From Amphiscolops sp. MND2022 (Eukaryota): 64,000 nucleotides of DNA. The stretch covers positions 55,492,001 to 55,556,000 of the forward strand of contig OZ076409.1 of assembly GCA_964187785.1 (NCBI GenBank), read 5' to 3'. Positions 52,119-64,000 of this stretch are shown here, piece after piece (within the stretch, counting starts at the first letter, position 1; each line of letters starts with the position of its first letter). A program made the translations under genes and the position numbers. Below the pieces are notes generated by a model. That model saw only the letters and a list, made by a program, of their open reading frames with translations, was not told the origin of the DNA and made no database searches.

Positions 52119-53164
52119 TCAAGTAAAAGCCGGAACTAATCATGAACAACGAATGGCGAACGAGACAAAACGGTCTATGGCTGTAGAATTCGCGATCAAC
52201 CAGGCTTCAGCGTCTTTGACGATACGAGATGTGGACTAATCACCCACACCCTCTGTGTTCACAAGACATCGAAATATCACAAAGAGAATTTTCAACCGAA
52301 TTTACTCGAAAATAGTTCACTCGGAAAAATTCAGGCTCAAAGAACGCTTTCGTTCGAATACTAGAGATCGCCGAAACCTACTCATAAACAAACAAAAAGA
52401 AAAAGAACAACACCGAAAAGCAAAATTAACAAGAAGACAAAATGCCAAATTCGAAAGTCTTAATACCCTGCAAGTGAGTTTCCACGCAGAGCAACCTAGA
52501 TGCAGATAGTATCACTGAACCGATTTCCTGCTAGTCAAGCTACATCCACCTGGTATACCGCTAACTGGACAATAACAACTTCAATCAACAACTAAATCAA
52601 TCGCAACCAAGCTTACTTCCTTCTCTCGTATTTGGCATCGACGAAGATTTGTTTACAAAGCGCACGATGTTCCACTACATTCACTTCCGAACAGTTATCG
52701 AATTAGCCGAGTAATTATATCACGCTGCCACGTTCGATTAATTTCCGGCAGATTCATTCTTACTTAAACTCTTACTGCAAACAACGCGCACGATTGGATG
52801 ACGTGGCTACTCTCGCCACATCGACTCTACATTTGCTCTTTACCGAAGTGGATCAATCAACGCGCTAATTTCATTCTCTTCCTCTCGCTTGCTGAACTGA
52901 ACCGAAGTAACCGTTGGTTCCAACCAATCCGACTATTTCCAGCCATGAAGTCGACTCGTCTTTGCCGATGTGGTTGCTATGCCATCATCCGCAACAAACA
53001 ATGCAAACGTAGTTGAAGTCACTACATCAGCCGAATAACCTTCGCAGCAAGATTAGGCAGCTAACACTTACTGCACACCTGATGCTGCTACATTTACCAC
53101 ACCTCCCCGCTACCAGCCTTCTAAATACCCCTGCATTCCACTTTTTATTTTTAAGGAGGGGGAG

Positions 53165-54101
53165 TGTCATGCCGGAAGCATGAATGAAACTGATAAAAAA
53201 CATTCTAAACATTAAAAATTCAGTTAAATGTAATACTCTTGATATTTCAATAACCATGAATTACCATTGAACAATGACGGGCCTATCCTATCATCATCAC
53301 TACTTTCCAAGAATAAAATCGATTTGTAAAGGTTGGCATCATTTACTCATTACACGCTACGTACAAGTGCTTTCATCATATTTAACTTCATCAGTAATCT
53401 GTAGTTTTATATATAACAATGGTATGACACCATCATCATAGATTCAATTTGTATCAATCAACGCAATACTTAAATGATAGATGATTCATGTAACCATGGT
53501 AACATATCGACGCTATCTTTTGTACCAAACGCCATTTACGTTGCTAACAACAGGACGCACGATTTAACACCTAATCAATAGCGCAATACTATTGGTCAAT
53601 GCAGTCACGTGACCAGCTTTAGTGAAAATTGCGACAAGTGTTGAAATACCTTCAGTACAATTTGCCTTCAGCTAACGTAGTGTTGCTTACCTCATTGACT
53701 TACGCAAAACTTGATATTCACAATTTCAACTTGATCAATAAACCTTTAAAACAGCAATTCCTTTCGAAGATTTTGAAGATGGTCAATACTAGATCTCAAA
53801 ACATAGATAGTTACGCAGCATGTTCCAGCGGAATGGAACAAAACAGTGACAATGAGAGCGAATATAATTTCCCTAACACGTTATCACGAAATCAAATGAA
53901 CGAATTCGAGAATGGAGATTTGATCAACGTTAGACATAATTCCAACCTAAAGTTCAGTCGACCAGCGTTTCTTGGAAATGAACAGACAAATCAATGATTT
54001 AACAAGTATTGTGTTAGCCCTTACTGAGAAAATTTCATCATCGACAACCGAATGTAGCGGACTCAACACCGTTACTAATACGAACGTGACCCGTTCTGAC
54101 A
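53165..54101 (+). mobile_element. Duplicated family B 3' LTR
   Basis: 937 bp, PPT upstream, same GTAACATATTCC flank downstream. Confidence 0.95.
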
Positions 54102-55259
54102 GTAACATATTCCAATATGATCGTATGTATGTCGTGGTAGTAAGAAGCTCAATTTTGACTGGCCATCGACTAGGATGAAAATCAAGACATGATGTTCCGT
54201 ATTTCAACCTAAAAAACGTCATTTTGTTGTACAATCGTCTTCGTGTAATATCATATAGACTCAATTGTGGTGTCTCAATTGGATGTCGATGTATTTCACT
54301 ATTGGGGCAGTCCCCTTAGTGCTCAAAAAGCGCAGTCTTTTATAATTGCTCGTGTACTTGTGTTTTAGATGGTTCTGTTATATTTTAGATTCGAGACCAC
54401 GGCAAATAATTTACGAAAGGCGATGAATTAAAATGAGTCAAATCATCAGAGTGGATTTTGGAAAAGTTTGAAGCAGTGTATTAGGTTTTGTTCAAATTTT
54501 AAGTCGGAATAATCTTTAAAGTGGTGTAAAGTATCAACAGTGTTTAGTTTACTTGTGGAAATGAGAAGTGGATATTAAGCTCCTATAATCCACTTAGAGT
54601 GTTGTTTAAAATGAAGAGTTTTATATATTTTTTTCATATTTTACATTCTTTCATTCTCATAGAGTTCGAGTAACAAATTTTCCATCTTCGAGCCAAGTTA
54701 CTAATTGTGGAGTTCTAGTAGTTTCTGTCAAGGTTACAGTCAAGTTGAGTTGCTCGAAGGAATGTATTACCTTGAGAAAGATGTTTTCAATTTGCAAGTA
54801 TAGAGTCTGTCAGTTGTTCAGAGAAGTATGTTGGTTGTTCATTTTGTTTCGAGGTTTTTGATTGGCAAGTCTTTAATTTAAATTTAAGAATTATTGAATT
54901 GACTTATCGAGACCAGTTTACGTTTAATTCCTGTTATTTCAGCACAGCGTTGTAGTTTTATAAACACACTCAAAAACAGATTTCATCGATGTGATCTAGG
55001 AACATTTCAAATTTTGAGTGTCATTGTTGTTCACAATTAGTTCACACTCGGCAGGTTCACACTTGTAGTTGCACTTGGCAATTAAAACTTGGAGAGTTGA
55101 TATCCAGTTTTCATCCAAATGAGAAAGTTGAAAGAAGGTGAGTAAGCTCCTGGTTAGTTAGAAGACTTGGAATTTTAAATCCTTGTGGGACCAATTTGAA
55201 ATATTCGAGAGTTTTTGCTTAGTGTGAATTTTCAATTGAATAGTTTCATTTTGTATGTT

Positions 55260-58200
55260 ATGGCGAATGTTCGCAAACTACGGAACAACTCCAAAGCTTC
55301 ATCTACTCTGTGCAAGGAATGCAACATGGCTGTCAAGGATGATGACAGATCAGGAATTTGCTGTCACTCTTGCAACGACTGGACCCACGGTGGATGTGTT
55401 GACTTGAGTGTCACTGATGTTGAATGGCTTGGATCCAAACCCAACTGCTTTTGGGTGTGCAATTCATGTGTGCATAATGAAGTTTTCACCAACATATCTG
55501 AAGACAAGTTGACATCGTTGTTTGATTCTTCTGTTGCTGAACTTATCCCTAATGCAATCGATGACACTTTGCCAAATATCATAATTGAATTAAATGAAAA
55601 AGTTAAAACTGCTGTCGTTGATTCGTTACCCTCATATAAAGACGTTGTTGTTACGACTATTTGCCGGTGTTGTTTTAGAGTTAGTCGCAGTGTGTATCTT
55701 AACGGGAGTGGACGTCCTTATTGTGGAAACATTTTCAGGTTCAGAACCAGAAACTTGGACGTTCACGTGGACCGTTTGTTTCTTGTTTAAAGGTGCTATC
55801 AGTTTAAGCATTTCCTTTTGGTTCTCCCCAAGTATTTTTGTTAAATCAGGCATGATTTCTTTTCTCAACGAAGTTTTAATTTCTTCGAGATTTTCAGGTT
55901 TTAGCCTAGCCGACTTACTAGGTCCAGCTATTAGGCTTTCACGAGGATTATTTTCAGCTAGGGAATATTCAAAGTCACCAGAGACAAGCTCTGCTACAGC
56001 CTTCTTTTTCTGACTTCTAGTTGTCATTTTAGTTGAGAGAGAGAGTATCTTTGGAAAGATTGAATTCTTCAAAGATTTGAGTTTTCTTTCGAACACGTTA
56101 CGATAACGGAACAGAACTAATTGTTACAAAACGGATTACAAAACTGAATGAATCACATGTATGTTTTACATTTTTATACCTTCCCAGCATCATTTGTTCC
56201 TCACTTAGAAATTCCTAGGTATCACAAAATCGGGTTTGTTCAACAAAAAGCGCTAATGATTCAAATTATTTCAGCCCGGTGTCATAAATTCAGGTATCGA
56301 AATTCCTAGTTGCGTCACTATTCCGTAAAACTTTGTTGAAAGCATCTTTGTTCAGATAATCCATTTCCTGTTTGAGCTTCAAAATTGCGGCAAAATAGAA
56401 GCGTAGGCACGCCGGCGTGATCAATTAGTCAACATTCAAGTTAGGAAATTGAGATTCGAAGCAAAAAAATGACACTCAAAAATGACGACGGAAATGAAAC
56501 GGAATTAAGAATTTCGGAAAATGGAAATGTCTAGTTATTAGAGAGGATAAATGATGCTAGAAGAATTTCACCAGAACACCTTGAACTACTGTTACACATC
56601 ATGAAGCCACAACAATACTTATTTAGTACAAAATTACACAAACGTAAACACAACGGTAATTGTAGCGAAAAATAGGTTCGTATAAAATTTACGCCTCATA
56701 TAATATTGGAATCATTTGTGGATTTTACATGATCATTATATAGGTCAAACTCAAACCAAACATAACTTGACTTCAACTAGATTACTACCTTAAAGTAGCA
56801 TAAAATATGGACTTCCGGCGTTGTTACGCCAACATTAGTGTAAAGCATCAAAATGAAAGTTGTCCGTAATATAAAAAGGGGGGAAATTTCATAGCACTCT
56901 TAACACTGGCTGCGTACTTGATTATCATTGATAAGAATAACATGTGTGTTCTTAATTGAAGGGATTACCTAGGTACAACTAGCACCAAACGTTATCCTCA
57001 CGTTGTCTTTTTTAACTACGCCAACGGAACGTAATAATATGATATTCAACATTATTCTTTTAAAAGGGAGTCTTATGCAACGTGGTGTTAACGTATTATC
57101 TTTACAATGCAAGATTAAAACACACGGTAAACTTTTCAATTCTCTCTAACAGTACAGCTTTTCTTTTGTAAAGTTATTCCCGAAACCTTTAAATGCGTCG
57201 ATTCAGAAAGACCTCGTTTAAATTCCATTTAGAACAATACTTCATAGTTGCTGTTTTCACAATTTGCTCCGTAGGCCTTCCGTATGTATTAGGATTGGTT
57301 ATAGCTGAGCGGCGGAATACAATTTTACAATCCGCTCCGTAAGCGCTCCGTATGTAATAAGATTGGTTATAGCTGAGCAGCAGTAGCAAGCGGAGTGAAA
57401 ACGGAGAGCGTAGGCGTTTTCATTCGCTTTTCTTAGCTAGTAAGCGTTGCTAAAGGCAATCAAGCGCAATTCTATTGGTATGAGCTAAAATAATTCCGGC
57501 AGCAAGCGACGCTATTGGTCCGTAAAAATAGAAACACCCGTTGCTAGCCTAGTTGAGTGACGCTGTCATAACGTTGTAAACAATTACTTAAAATCACTTG
57601 ACTGCGGTTTTAAGTGGAAATTTAACAACTATTTTAATATTGGAATACATTTTCACTATATTTTTGTATGTTCTTTCATTTTAGATTGTATGGACTCCGT
57701 TGTGATGTCGGAGTTAAATGTCGTCCCTGTGTTTTCATTTTAGTGTGGAGCAACAAAAATGATCCCATTTGCAAAAATGTTTTTGTTTTAGTATTTAGAT
57801 TGGAATGGAAAAACTCAGAAGATAAAACCGGAAAAAAACGGGGTTGCGTGTGAAAACATTAATCCGGAAGTTTTAGCTAGTTTAAAAGTCATTTCCGAAA
57901 AATCTTCCGTAATGCTTACGTTGAATTCTGTATCTGGAAAATTATTTGCACTTATTTAGCTGTACTGTAAGTAGAATTTGATTAGTTTAACAGAGTTTAA
58001 AGTTATTTACTTTGCCCTTGTCCGTGTCCTCTGCCGAATCCCGGTATTCCAGAGCAGCAAGTAAAATTACGACCGGGAGCGGGTCGTGACAGTTGTAACT
58101 GGCAAAAACGTAAACAAATTCAATACAAACTCTGAGTTGAACTTCATCTCACTGGGGCCAGCGAAATTGGATCAACTTACTTTCAGCAAGTTGACATGAT

Positions 58201-59321
58201 TCGGAAACTGTGAACAAAATCCCTGGTCACATGCGTCTGGAAAACGAAGGCAATGTCACTGCAGTGAGAAGGCTTGGCAAAAAATTGAATCCGGCCAATG
58301 TCGCACCTAGAGGTTGTCGTCCCTTATTGATTACTACATCAAATAGTCATTTTCTACAAAATTGTTTCGCCAGAAGTCACTACCTGAAAACATATACTGA
58401 TCCAGTGTATGTCAAGAAGTTCTTGATACCTAGAGAACGCAAAATTGAGAAAGCTGTACTGAAAAATGTTATTCTTTGGTGTCGGAAGGTAAAAAGAGAG
58501 AGGATTTCCGCATCAAAATTTTGCAGCTCTTCTACCAAGGCAAACTAGTTCAATCGCGCACGTACTGACTAAACTGTCTTTTGGTGAAATGTCAGTGAGT
58601 CTGTAGCATTGAAAAGAAACAACATTTGAACAAGTTATGTTCTGTCAACACTGTTTTTTTTAGTCTTTTTAACAAAAACATGGCTCTCAAATGATGTGAA
58701 GAATTCTGAAGTTTTTGTGGGCAAGTCTTTCACTGTTATCGCTCGATCTGACCGTTCTTTTGGCTCTCATGGAGGTGTGCTGGTTGGTGCCTCAAACGAT
58801 GTCAATGCGAATATTATGGATGTCACTATTGCAGACTATGAATTCTCTCTACCGTGTGTTGTTGTTGATATCAAACATATATGCTTCGTACTTATTTATT
58901 TCCCACTTTCTACATCTGAGGTGACTGCTTCAGTGAGTTATCAATGCGGTTTTGGCGATGATTATATTTTATACATTCACGGTCATTTCAGTTTTCCTGT
59001 TATCGATTGGTCCACACTATCATCTTCAGATACCATTGAGGAAACATTCATTGAAACCTTTGACTTGTTAGCGGTTTCGCAGTTAATCGACCTCCCTACT
59101 CATAAGTTGGGAAATACTCTTGATCTGATTTTAACAAATGACACACTTGCCCTTTCAATGTTCACAAACAGTTGTTTTCTGATCATTTTCCAATATTATT
59201 CCAAACATCTTGTTGCCTGCCTAAACCAGTTTGTAATGAATCGCTCTCCGAATCTTCTTTTGACCAAATCCTCTTCAATAGTAATCTTGAAACTTTATTC
59301 ACCTTGAAACTTTATTCACCT
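55260..59321 (+). mobile_element. Duplicated CR1/L2-like LINE fragment
   Basis: Near-identical to 44645-48661. Confidence 0.88.
55649..58091 (-). mobile_element. Duplicated family A solo LTR (2443 bp)
   Basis: Same termini and GTTGT TSD (55644-55648, 58092-58096). Confidence 0.95.
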
Positions 59322-62300
59322 ATACTGTTGCTGAACTACTCCGCCATCATCTAGCTCCACAAGCCCATGAGCAGTCAATACAGCACAAGTTGCTACTAAG
59401 GAGTCGACACGGCGATCATCAGACCCACTATGGATAAGGATCTGATCGAATGGAGTCCAACTCAAATGCTGGGGCCACGTACGCTGCCACAATCCGCTCA
59501 ATCCACGGCATATACCAGCTAACATTTTCTGGACACATTTGTAAAAGAAAGGCAGTTGAGTACTGATTTCGAAACGGAAATACTGCTCGAAATGTAATCT
59601 GTACAAGTTAGAGTCTACGTCTGCATACTCCCGGTCCATATTCTTCAACAATGCAGCGATCTCATACTCCGCTGGGATACTGTGAACTGGATAGATAAAC
59701 CTCATTAGCCCACGCAAAAAGTGAGCCAGTTCTCTTTCCGAGACAATGCCATAATCACGTCCACGTCCACACAAACTAGGACAATGCTTCACCACTGCAA
59801 CACAAATACCAAAGAGTCACCCTCCAAACTTTGCACACGGAACCTTAGTTCTATACCCCACCCATAACCTAAGTTCAGTCCATAACAAAACATACGAATA
59901 TACAGCTACACGTACACCCAAACGAGTCTCCGAACAACTACACATAAATCCATACTCACTCAAATCTAGCACAAGGCGTAGAACAGCAAAACGAGGCCGA
60001 ATCAATGCATCCTCGAACACCTGACTTTCTAAAAGAGTAATTGGACGCAGTTCGGATGTAACACCCGGTCTATGAGTGCCAAAGTACAGCGCCAAATCAT
60101 TCCAGTAGTCCACCACTTCTGCGCAAACGAGTGCAAGTTGAGACACGTCATCTCCACCGAGTCGAATATACTACAAAACAAGAGCACAATCTACCATTTC
60201 ACCAGAGCCAAACAACCGCAATCCTACACAAATGCCACGGCCTACACAAAAAAATTTCCTATACTAACCCGCCGCAATAAAGGCAACCGATCTAAGAAAC
60301 CCTCTTGAGCCACAGACATCAGTCTCACACGAAAGTACTCCAAGACACTGAGGGGATCCAGACCCGCGAACTCTGCAAGAAACTGTTTCTGTACCTCATC
60401 GAACACTGACCGCTGCGTTATCAACCCTACCACGAGTGGAGTCTTAGGCGATACCACTGCAGCTAATGCCCGCCCAACATGTACAACACCTTCTACCGCA
60501 GTCGTCTTCAATTGGGTCCTGTCTTTAAGACACGCAAGAATTGGGATGACGTTGTTCAACATACGCTTCTCCCATCCAGTTCCACCAGAAACAAGCACCA
60601 GAACCATTGACTTTATGCCATGGACGCCAACGATGTGGAGCTCACCACACCACCGCCAATCGCACTGACGGATGCAGACGCCGATACAAGAGCTTGCTTC
60701 AATCAGTGCGTCTAACTGCTTCACTGCATATTGGTATAATCCATACAACACGAGACTCTAAACAGAATCAAACAACCTGATAAACTAGCGAAAACTTAAC
60801 CAAACACAACACTCATACCCAAAAAGCGTAACAATGAACCGATAACAACCACATCACTAGCAAGTTACCTAAGTCGCCCGTACCGTTTAAAGTAACTGCA
60901 AAATTCGATTTTACCTGACACCGAGTGTAGGTCAGGGTACGGCACTCAAAATGAAGTTCGTTTGCCATACAGTCCCTCCATGCGTCCAGCGACCGGAGCA
61001 CCCCATCAAAGGACGTCACGGTCAGAAAACTCGAAACGAAATTACTCAACCACAAGTAATTCACACTTTCGTAATGCAAATGTGGGCGTGCGCCTTCTTC
61101 AGCCTCTGCCTCTTCAATTGCTATTCGCTCCTCCACAGTTAGCTTTAGGGCAGACTCTAGGAAGACCGGCGGTTCGGTCAGCCGGGCACGTCTAATCCGT
61201 CGATCTTCTTCTGCAGATACTTGCCTGCAAGACTTGTCCAGTAATGGCTTGTGTGTCATAATTCTGTACTTTTGTTCTAATCGGGTATGTTCTACCCCCT
61301 TCCAGTGATCCCACAGCGATGACAGCCCACGCCCTGCAATACTCAGGTCCGCCTGACAAAGCATACACCGAGCGTATCCGTCAATCACCCGCTTGTTTCG
61401 GGGGAAACCAACGAAGGTCCCCACGACGCCAGAAACAAAGTAGGACGGCTTTAGCGTCTTGATCTTCCGGGCACGAGCTAGAACAAACACACACAATGTG
61501 TTAAATAGTCCCACATAAACTCAAACTTGCAAAAAAAAACAAAACAAATTGTCTTGTCTCTTGATAGTCTTAGCATTATTGTTAACTAAAACCCCACCCA
61601 TTATCTTTTGAGATTCTTACCAAATTTAGCAGCTGTCACTTTCCCCGCACTGGATGCTCCCGCTGTCGTCCCCTCTCCAAACATGGAGGGAACCATCGAT
61701 GCCGGCCGACTCATGACCGACAAGTCATTTTGAGCGTCACTTCCACCTGGCACAACACCCACAGACGATGATGATATGAGGGGCACAACCTCCACAGGTA
61801 CGGCTGCGCTCAAGTCACCAGCAGGGACTAAACGGGAAACTGCTGCAGTCAGCTGCCCGACAAACTCATCCACAGCCATTGCACCAACTGTCCCTAGCTG
61901 ACCAAGAGTGGATTCGATGGTAGCCTTTACTACGCCGGACAACTCTTTTTCCAGTCGGGCGATCGAAGCAACGACGTCGCTCAGAGTCAACACGCCCCCC
62001 ACCGCCACACCTGGAAACATTCCACCCAAAGGATAACAATGCAGATTACTACACGTCGCGAAAACGAGATCAAATCTCGACGCCAACTCTAAACAACTGA
62101 CACGCCGTACAGAGTAATAACGGTTATGCTACACCTTCGTTACAACAATGGACCAGTTAGCTAACAGACCTACCAGTTTGGCTGTACACATAATTCCGGA
62201 GCCCAGTCTCGACGGCACTCACGGGAGACGCACCTACTGGAGGCTCATTCTGTTGGAGCATTCGACGTAGAACGGCGACGATATCGGTCAGACTCAAAGC

Positions 62301-62799
62301 TTCTGCAACACACACAGTACAACCTAACCTATGGGTATCATTAGCAATGTCTAAAAGTCTATCCAAGGTAAAAATTCCCGGGATGTTCTTTCAGTCGTGA
62401 CGTTGGTAACTACACTACACAAATACCAATGCCACAAACACTCCAATTACCTTGACGAGCTTAGCCCTAATTAAAAATCACCCAATAACGAACTCGTAGA
62501 AAGACCGTCTCAATAGCCAAAAAAAAATGACAACTACGGATTTACTTACGGAATTCGCTGGACAGAGCTATGTCCAACAACGTCAACAACGTAGTCGCAG
62601 CCTCTACATTGGATGAATTCACACGCCGAGCCAACTGGCAGCATAATAATTGCGTCTCTCCTTCCAACAACGCATCAACTGAGGCTTGGAAATCCTCTTC
62701 ATCGGATAACTGCTCCAGATTGGACATCTCAGCTAACACACCTTCTGCGGCTATCACAATCGATGCGACTTCTTCTTCAGATAACTCAGCTGATAACAT
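59316..62799 (-). CDS. hAT-like cargo gene, copy 3 (best preserved; C-terminally truncated)
   Basis: Predicted introns 62410-62549, 62089-62173, 61478-61620, 60758-60914, 60171-60268 and 59795-59959, all GT-AG. The last five join in frame; exon 2 needs one extra base. Confidence 0.7.
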
Positions 62800-63843
62800 T
62801 CAAGTAAAAGCCGGAACTAATCATGAACAACGAATGGCGAACGAGACAAAACGGTCTATGGCTGTAGAATTCGCGATCAACCAGGCTTCAGCGTCTTTGA
62901 CGATACGAGATGTGGACTAATCACCCACACCCTCTGTGTTCACAAGGCATCGAAATATCACAAAGAGAATTTTCAACCGAATTTACTCGAAAATAGTTCA
63001 CTCGGAAAAAATTCAGACTCAAAGAACGCTTTCGTTCGAATACTAAAGATCGCCGAAACCTACTCATAAACAAAAAAAGAAAAAGAACAACACCGAAAAG
63101 CAAAGTTAACAAGAAGACAAAATGCCAAATTCGAAAGTCTTAATACCCTGCAAGTGAGTTTCCACGCAGAGCAACCTAGATGCAGATAGTATCACTGAAC
63201 CGATTTCCTGCTAGTCAAGCTACATCCACCTGGTATACCGCTAACTGGACAATAACAACTTCAATCAACAACCAAATCAATCGCAACCAAGCTTACTTCC
63301 TTCTCTCGTATTTGGCATCGACGAAGATTTGTTTACAAAGCGCACGATGTTCCACTACATTCACTTCCAAACAGTTACCGAATTAGCCGAGTAATTATAT
63401 CACGCTGCCACGTTCGATTAATTTCCGGCAGATTCATTCTTACTTAAACTCTTACTGCAAACATCGCGCACAATTGGATGACGTGGCTACTCTCGCCACA
63501 TCGACTCTACATTTGCTCTTTACCGAAGTGGATCAATCAACGCGCTAATTTTATTCTCTTCCTCTCGCTTGCTGGACTGAACCGAAGTAACCGTTGGTTC
63601 CAACCAATCCGACTATTTCCAGCCATGAAGTCGACTCGTCTTTGCCGATGTGGTTGCTATGCCATCATCCGCAACAAACAATGCAAACGTAGTTGAAGTC
63701 ACTACATCAGCCGAATAACCTTCGCAGCAAGATTAGGCAGCTATCACTTACTGCACACCTGATGCTGCTACATTTACCACACCTCCCCGCTACCAGCCTT
63801 CTAAATACCCCTGCATTCCACTTTTCCTTTTAAGGAGGGGGAG

Positions 63844-64000
63844 TGTCATGCCGGAAGCATGAATGAAACTGATAAAAAACATTCTAAACATTAAAAATTC
63901 AGTTAAATGTAATACTCTTGATATTTCAATAACCATGAATTACCATTGAACAATGACGGGCCTATCCTATCATCATCACTACTTTCCAAGAATAAAATCG
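63844..64000 (+). mobile_element. Third family B 3' LTR copy (runs off the window)
   Basis: PPT followed by TGTCATGCCGGAAGC. Confidence 0.92.

Larger units (their letters stand above)
38645..64000 (+). repeat. Segmental tandem repeat, units 38645-48664, 48665-59322 and 59323 to beyond 64000
   Basis: Same ORF order and the same junction (...ACTTTATTCACC-T(T/A)TACTGTTGCTG) at 48665 and 59323. Copy-specific SNPs and indels. Confidence 0.95.

Noticed and set aside
42768..54101. Independent full-length LTR element between LTR B copies 1 and 2
   Set aside because: No PBS and no new TSD; the first LTR has a PPT upstream. It is a product of segmental duplication.
55215..55790. 191-aa PHD-finger protein as a host gene
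   Set aside because: It is LINE ORF1 reading into the antisense strand of the inserted solo LTR.
62451..62466. 16-nt micro-exon in the cargo gene
   Set aside because: Would need a ~36-nt intron and does not repair the frame.

Overview
AT-rich, transposon-dense animal (invertebrate-type) genomic DNA with spliceosomal introns; the species cannot be determined from the window. Left half (1-28.7 kb): the 3' end and 2.28 kb 3' LTR of an LTR retrotransposon (family A); scattered + strand host exons (calcium-binding EGF repeats, an unassigned domain, a split F-type-lectin-like domain); MITEs, Helentron-type HINEs and long perfect palindromes; and a heavily decayed Polinton/Maverick (pPolB, protease, minor capsid, probable ATPase). 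Right half: a 15 kb Gypsy/Ty3 element (family B, 28719-43704, TSD GTAAC) with gag deleted, a decayed pol, a 3 x 1.55 kb internal tandem array and an antisense, intron-containing gene whose reconstructed ~1100-aa product resembles a catalytically dead hAT transposase (BED-type finger plus hATC-like C-terminus). The last 5 kb of the element plus about 5 kb of flank (a CR1/L2-like LINE interrupted by a family A solo LTR) is tandemly repeated as a 10-10.7 kb unit running off the window end. Main leads: the spliced antisense hAT-derived cargo gene; a conserved ORF embedded in the LTRs of both families that runs off the LTR end in the same phase; and a covarying RNA hairpin after pol. All family assignments come from motif recognition by eye, with no database searches.
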